This document shows positions 15,110 through 17,533 of a DNA stretch of 17,533 bases, one piece after another. This stretch comes from a virus. Lineage: Duplodnaviria; Heunggongvirae; Uroviricota; Caudoviricetes. The first letter of the stretch is position 1. Each line of letters opens with the position of its first letter. The stretch lies in the IMG/VR virus record IMGVR_UViG_2711768056_000003, positions 1 to 17,533 of that record; one strand, written 5' to 3'. Under the pieces are notes generated by a model. It was not told the origin of the DNA. It worked only from the letters and a program-made list of their open reading frames with translations, and ran no database searches. Both the position numbers and the translations under genes were made by a program.

Positions 15110-15579
15110 AACAAATGTCACTAATTGAGATAGATGGTTTTCTGAAAGGTAAATGCATCCCACGAGATTTAAAGGTTAACGAAACAAACGCTGAATATCT
15201 TGTCCGTAAGTTCGGTGAACTTGAATCAAAACTGGAAACGGCGTTGCGGGAGTGCCGTTCTGCTGGAATCACGATTGATAACCTTGAAGCAAAGTGCGCG
15301 GCGCTGGCTGCTGAAAAAGAGAAATTCGCTGTCGAATGTGCAGCAACAAAGATCGCCATTGCGTATCTGAAATCAGGCCGACAGGACTTTTCACTTAACA
15401 CCCCAGCCACCGATGCTTTCCTGGCTGAAGTGCGGGCGCAGGGGGTGGAGATGTTTGCACAGAAATGTAACTCAAAATCCGAACAGTCATTTGCATCTGA
15501 TATACGCGATAACTGGAAACTACTCGGTGAACATGCCACTGACTTTGCCGCAGAGCTTCGCAAAGGAGACAACCAGTGA
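15106..15579 (+). CDS. Hypothetical 157-aa protein (start at [11 protein letters not shown])
   Basis: Long ORF; ATG at 15106 preferred over the GTG at 15088; helical, coiled-coil-like. Confidence 0.55.
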   Translation: MKQMSLIEIDGFLKGKCIPRDLKVNETNAEYLVRKFGELESKLETALRECRSAGITIDNLEAKCAALAAEKEKFAVECAATKIAIAYLKSGRQDFSLNTPATDAFLAEVRAQGVEMFAQKCNSKSEQSFASDIRDNWKLLGEHATDFAAELRKGDNQ

Positions 15580-16115
15580 GCAAGATTGACTATCAGGCAC
15601 TGCGTGAAAAGGCAGAGAAAGCAACGTGTGGTGTGTGGTCGCTCGAATATGGAGAGAGCCGATTTGATTGTGATGATGCGCTAATTCATCGTGAAGTTGT
15701 TGGATATCTTCCCATTTGCAGAATTGAAGGAGCGCATCCAGAAAGCGGTTTCGATGAAGATTTCCAAATGGAACAGCAGGCCAATGCTGAATTCATCGCC
15801 GCAGCCAATCCCGCTACCGTGCTGGCGCTGCTGGATGAGCTGGAAGCAGCAGAGAACAACCTTATTGATAGTGAGTGCCACGGTGCTGAACTTGAAGAAT
15901 CGCTACGCGATAAGCAGGCGTTACTTGAATCATCAGAGAAGCGCATTGCTGAGCTATCGCGCCACCTCCAATGCGCGCACGACTTTATCGAACATACAGA
16001 GGCGTTTGGCTACGAAGCTTCAAACGGGATTCTGTGCTGTGGTGATGCGCAGTGGAATATCGATTCTTCTAAGGCAGCGTTGGCATCAGCTGGCAGCGTC
16101 AACGGGGAGGGCTAA
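15576..16115 (+). CDS. Ead/Ea22-like protein
   Basis: N-terminus [25 protein letters not shown]... typical of Ead/Ea22-like prophage proteins; ATGA overlap with the upstream gene. Confidence 0.7.
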   Translation: MSKIDYQALREKAEKATCGVWSLEYGESRFDCDDALIHREVVGYLPICRIEGAHPESGFDEDFQMEQQANAEFIAAANPATVLALLDELEAAENNLIDSECHGAELEESLRDKQALLESSEKRIAELSRHLQCAHDFIEHTEAFGYEASNGILCCGDAQWNIDSSKAALASAGSVNGEG

Positions 16116-16118
16116 CCC

Positions 16119-16913
16119 ATGACATTCACCAAAGAGCAGTTGATCGAAAAACTTAAGCACAGAATCTCTGTCGCTTCGGAATTTCCTGAGTCAGAAAAAG
16201 CTCAAATGGATCTTGATCTGGCGCGTATCGCGCTGGCATCGCTGGAGGCAGAACCAGTTGCTTATATTTTCAAACATCCGGCCGGAAAATTATTCTGGGC
16301 TTTGACGGATGAAAGCAATAAAGATCAATCGGACGTTATTCCTGTTTATGCCGCCCCTCCAGTGCCAGTAGTACCGGAAGAAAAACCAATGCCTAATCCT
16401 CTTAGCATGTACGCGGTTGATGCTGTTGCCGCTATTGCAGAGGTGAGAGGCTGGAACGCCTGCCGCGCCGCCATGCTTCATAGTGCCGAACCTGCAAGTA
16501 ATCATGAAGAGTTGCCGCTTGATTATCTCCAAGGTCAAAAAGATGGTCTTGAATGGGCTGCGCAGCTTGCAGAAGCAAATCACCCACAAACTGGCGACTG
16601 GCTTTACGATGACCCGCTGGAGCTGGCTAAAGCTATCAGAAAAGGTCCTGACATGCCCGAATTCGATGGACCAACTCCGGTGACTCCGGATAGTTGGATA
16701 AGCTGTAGTGAGCGAATGCCAGAAAAGAACCAGAACGTACTTATTTCGGTGAATTTCGATAGTGATCTGGTTGAACCGCTAATATGCTCCGCACGCTATA
16801 CAGGAAGCACATTCCGGCGAGGAGAAGCAACGATTAAGCCGGGTAATGGTATTGAGCAGGCAACTCACTGGATGCCTCTACCAGAACCGCCTCAGGAGGT
16901 TAACCGTGGCTAA
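16119..16913 (+). CDS. DUF551-domain prophage protein
   Basis: C-terminal WISCSERMPEKNQNVLISVN...ATHWMPLPEPP resembles the DUF551 domain common near int/xis in enterobacterial prophages. Confidence 0.7.
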   Translation: MTFTKEQLIEKLKHRISVASEFPESEKAQMDLDLARIALASLEAEPVAYIFKHPAGKLFWALTDESNKDQSDVIPVYAAPPVPVVPEEKPMPNPLSMYAVDAVAAIAEVRGWNACRAAMLHSAEPASNHEELPLDYLQGQKDGLEWAAQLAEANHPQTGDWLYDDPLELAKAIRKGPDMPEFDGPTPVTPDSWISCSERMPEKNQNVLISVNFDSDLVEPLICSARYTGSTFRRGEATIKPGNGIEQATHWMPLPEPPQEVNRG

Positions 16914-17013
16914 CCTGCAACTTGCCGTTAAAGGTGAATAACAATCCTCGCACTCGCGGGGATTTCTTTTATCTGAACTCGCTACGGCGAGTTTTGTTTT
17001 ATGGAGATGATAA

Positions 17014-17181
17014 ATGCACTTCCGAGTCACAGGTGAATGGAATGGAGAACCATTCAACAGAGTTATCGAAGCAGAGGACATCAACGACTGCTATAACCAC
17101 TGGATGATATGGGCGCAGATAGCGCATGCAGACGTAACCAATATTCGAATTGAAGAACTGAAAGAACACCAAACCGCCTGA
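17014..17181 (+). CDS. Small hypothetical ORF (55 aa)
   Basis: MHFRVTGEWNGEPFNRVIEAEDINDCYNHWMIWAQIAHADVTNIRIEELKEHQTA; SD GGAG upstream; stop codon sits inside a terminator hairpin. Confidence 0.4.
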   Translation: MHFRVTGEWNGEPFNRVIEAEDINDCYNHWMIWAQIAHADVTNIRIEELKEHQTA

Positions 17182-17196
17182 TGGCGGTTTTTTATT
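17171..17196 (+). terminator. Rho-independent terminator
   Basis: AAACCGCC-ugau-GGCGGUUU followed by TTTTTATT. Confidence 0.65.
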
Positions 17197-17238
17197 GCCT
17201 GATTTGCAGGTTCGATTCCCTATTCGGAGATAGCACTC

Positions 17239-17439
17239 ATGCAACACGAACTACAGCCTGATTCACTGGTTGATTTGAAATTCATCATGGCCGATACTGG
17301 CTTTGGTAAAACCTTCATCTATGACCGGATTAAGTCCGGCGACCTTCCTAAAGCCAAAGTTATCCACGGACGAGCAAGATGGTTATATCGTGACCATTGT
17401 GAATTTAAAAATAAGCTCTTAAGCCGCGCCAATGGGTAA
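17239..17439 (+). CDS. xis: Excisionase (Xis/AlpA-family HTH)
   Basis: 66 aa small basic winged-helix-like protein at the end of the early-left operon, where xis precedes int. Confidence 0.65.
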   Translation: MQHELQPDSLVDLKFIMADTGFGKTFIYDRIKSGDLPKAKVIHGRARWLYRDHCEFKNKLLSRANG

Positions 17440-17533
17440 AATAGCGGGTAAAATATTTCTCACATCTAAAAAACACCATTCCAATCAATCCCCTGCCGCT
17501 TCAAGTAGATGTCTGCAGGGGACACCATTTATC

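Larger units (their letters stand above)
1..17533. mobile_element. Lambdoid prophage segment (lysis, late regulation, nin, replication, immunity, early-left recombination/accessory, xis); inverted relative to the lambda map
   Basis: Complete lambda-like gene order read from the ORF translations: Rz-R-S, Q, nin genes, O-like/helicase, cII, cro, cI, N, cIII, RecT, xis. Confidence 0.9.

Noticed and set aside
15036-15946. Minus-strand ORFs 15036..15572, 15395..15583, 15681..15881 and 15686..15946 (plus the plus-strand 15691..16122 alternate frame)
   Set aside because: All are antisense or out of frame within well-supported plus-strand genes; Ser-rich low-complexity translations.
16922-17107. 61-aa plus-strand ORF overlapping the 55-aa ORF at 17014..17181
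   Set aside because: Low-complexity Asn/Thr/Ser-rich translation with no SD; the 17014 frame has an SD and ends at the terminator, so it is preferred, though both remain uncertain.
17205-17225. tRNA T-loop-like motif GGTTCGATTCC upstream of xis, considered as a tRNA gene or att core
   Set aside because: No flanking sequence folds into acceptor or anticodon arms and there is no CCA-proximal acceptor stem; more likely coincidental or part of the xis 5' region. The true att site should lie beyond int, outside the window.

Overview
This window is the central part of a lambdoid (lambda/P22-like mosaic) prophage of an enterobacterium, lying in inverted orientation relative to the standard lambda map. 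Gene identities come from reading the supplied translations against remembered phage protein sequences and from motifs visible in the DNA; no database search was run. From left to right: lysis cassette on the minus strand (Rz/Rz1 spanins, R endolysin, S holin, all close to lambda itself); a 595-bp Q-S intergenic region expected to hold the late promoter and terminator; late antiterminator Q; a nin region (ninH, rusA, DUF1364-like, roi-like antirepressor, ninF, unknown, ninE, Dam-like orphan methyltransferase, ninB); a P22-type replication module (DnaB-like helicase, O-like initiator with ori iterons inside the gene); a small basic ORF; cII; nutR; cro; the OR/PR/PRM switch; cI on the plus strand; an AT-rich cargo locus in the rex position (126-aa and 33-aa ORFs with their own terminator); pL with an overlapping inverted repeat; nutL; N; then the early-left operon on the plus strand (unknown 150-aa gene convergently overlapping an 84-aa minus-strand gene, acidic 103-aa protein, cIII, RecT recombinase, Gp157/Gam-like protein, a cluster of small unknown genes, Ea22-like and DUF551 proteins, xis). 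Integrase is expected just beyond the right edge. No rRNA, tRNA or CRISPR array is present. The best candidates for an undescribed system are the lysogen-side cargo locus between cI and pL (9762-10470) and the convergent gene pair in the sieB position after N (11142-11751), followed by the block of small unknown early-left genes (12000-12311 and 14336-15579).
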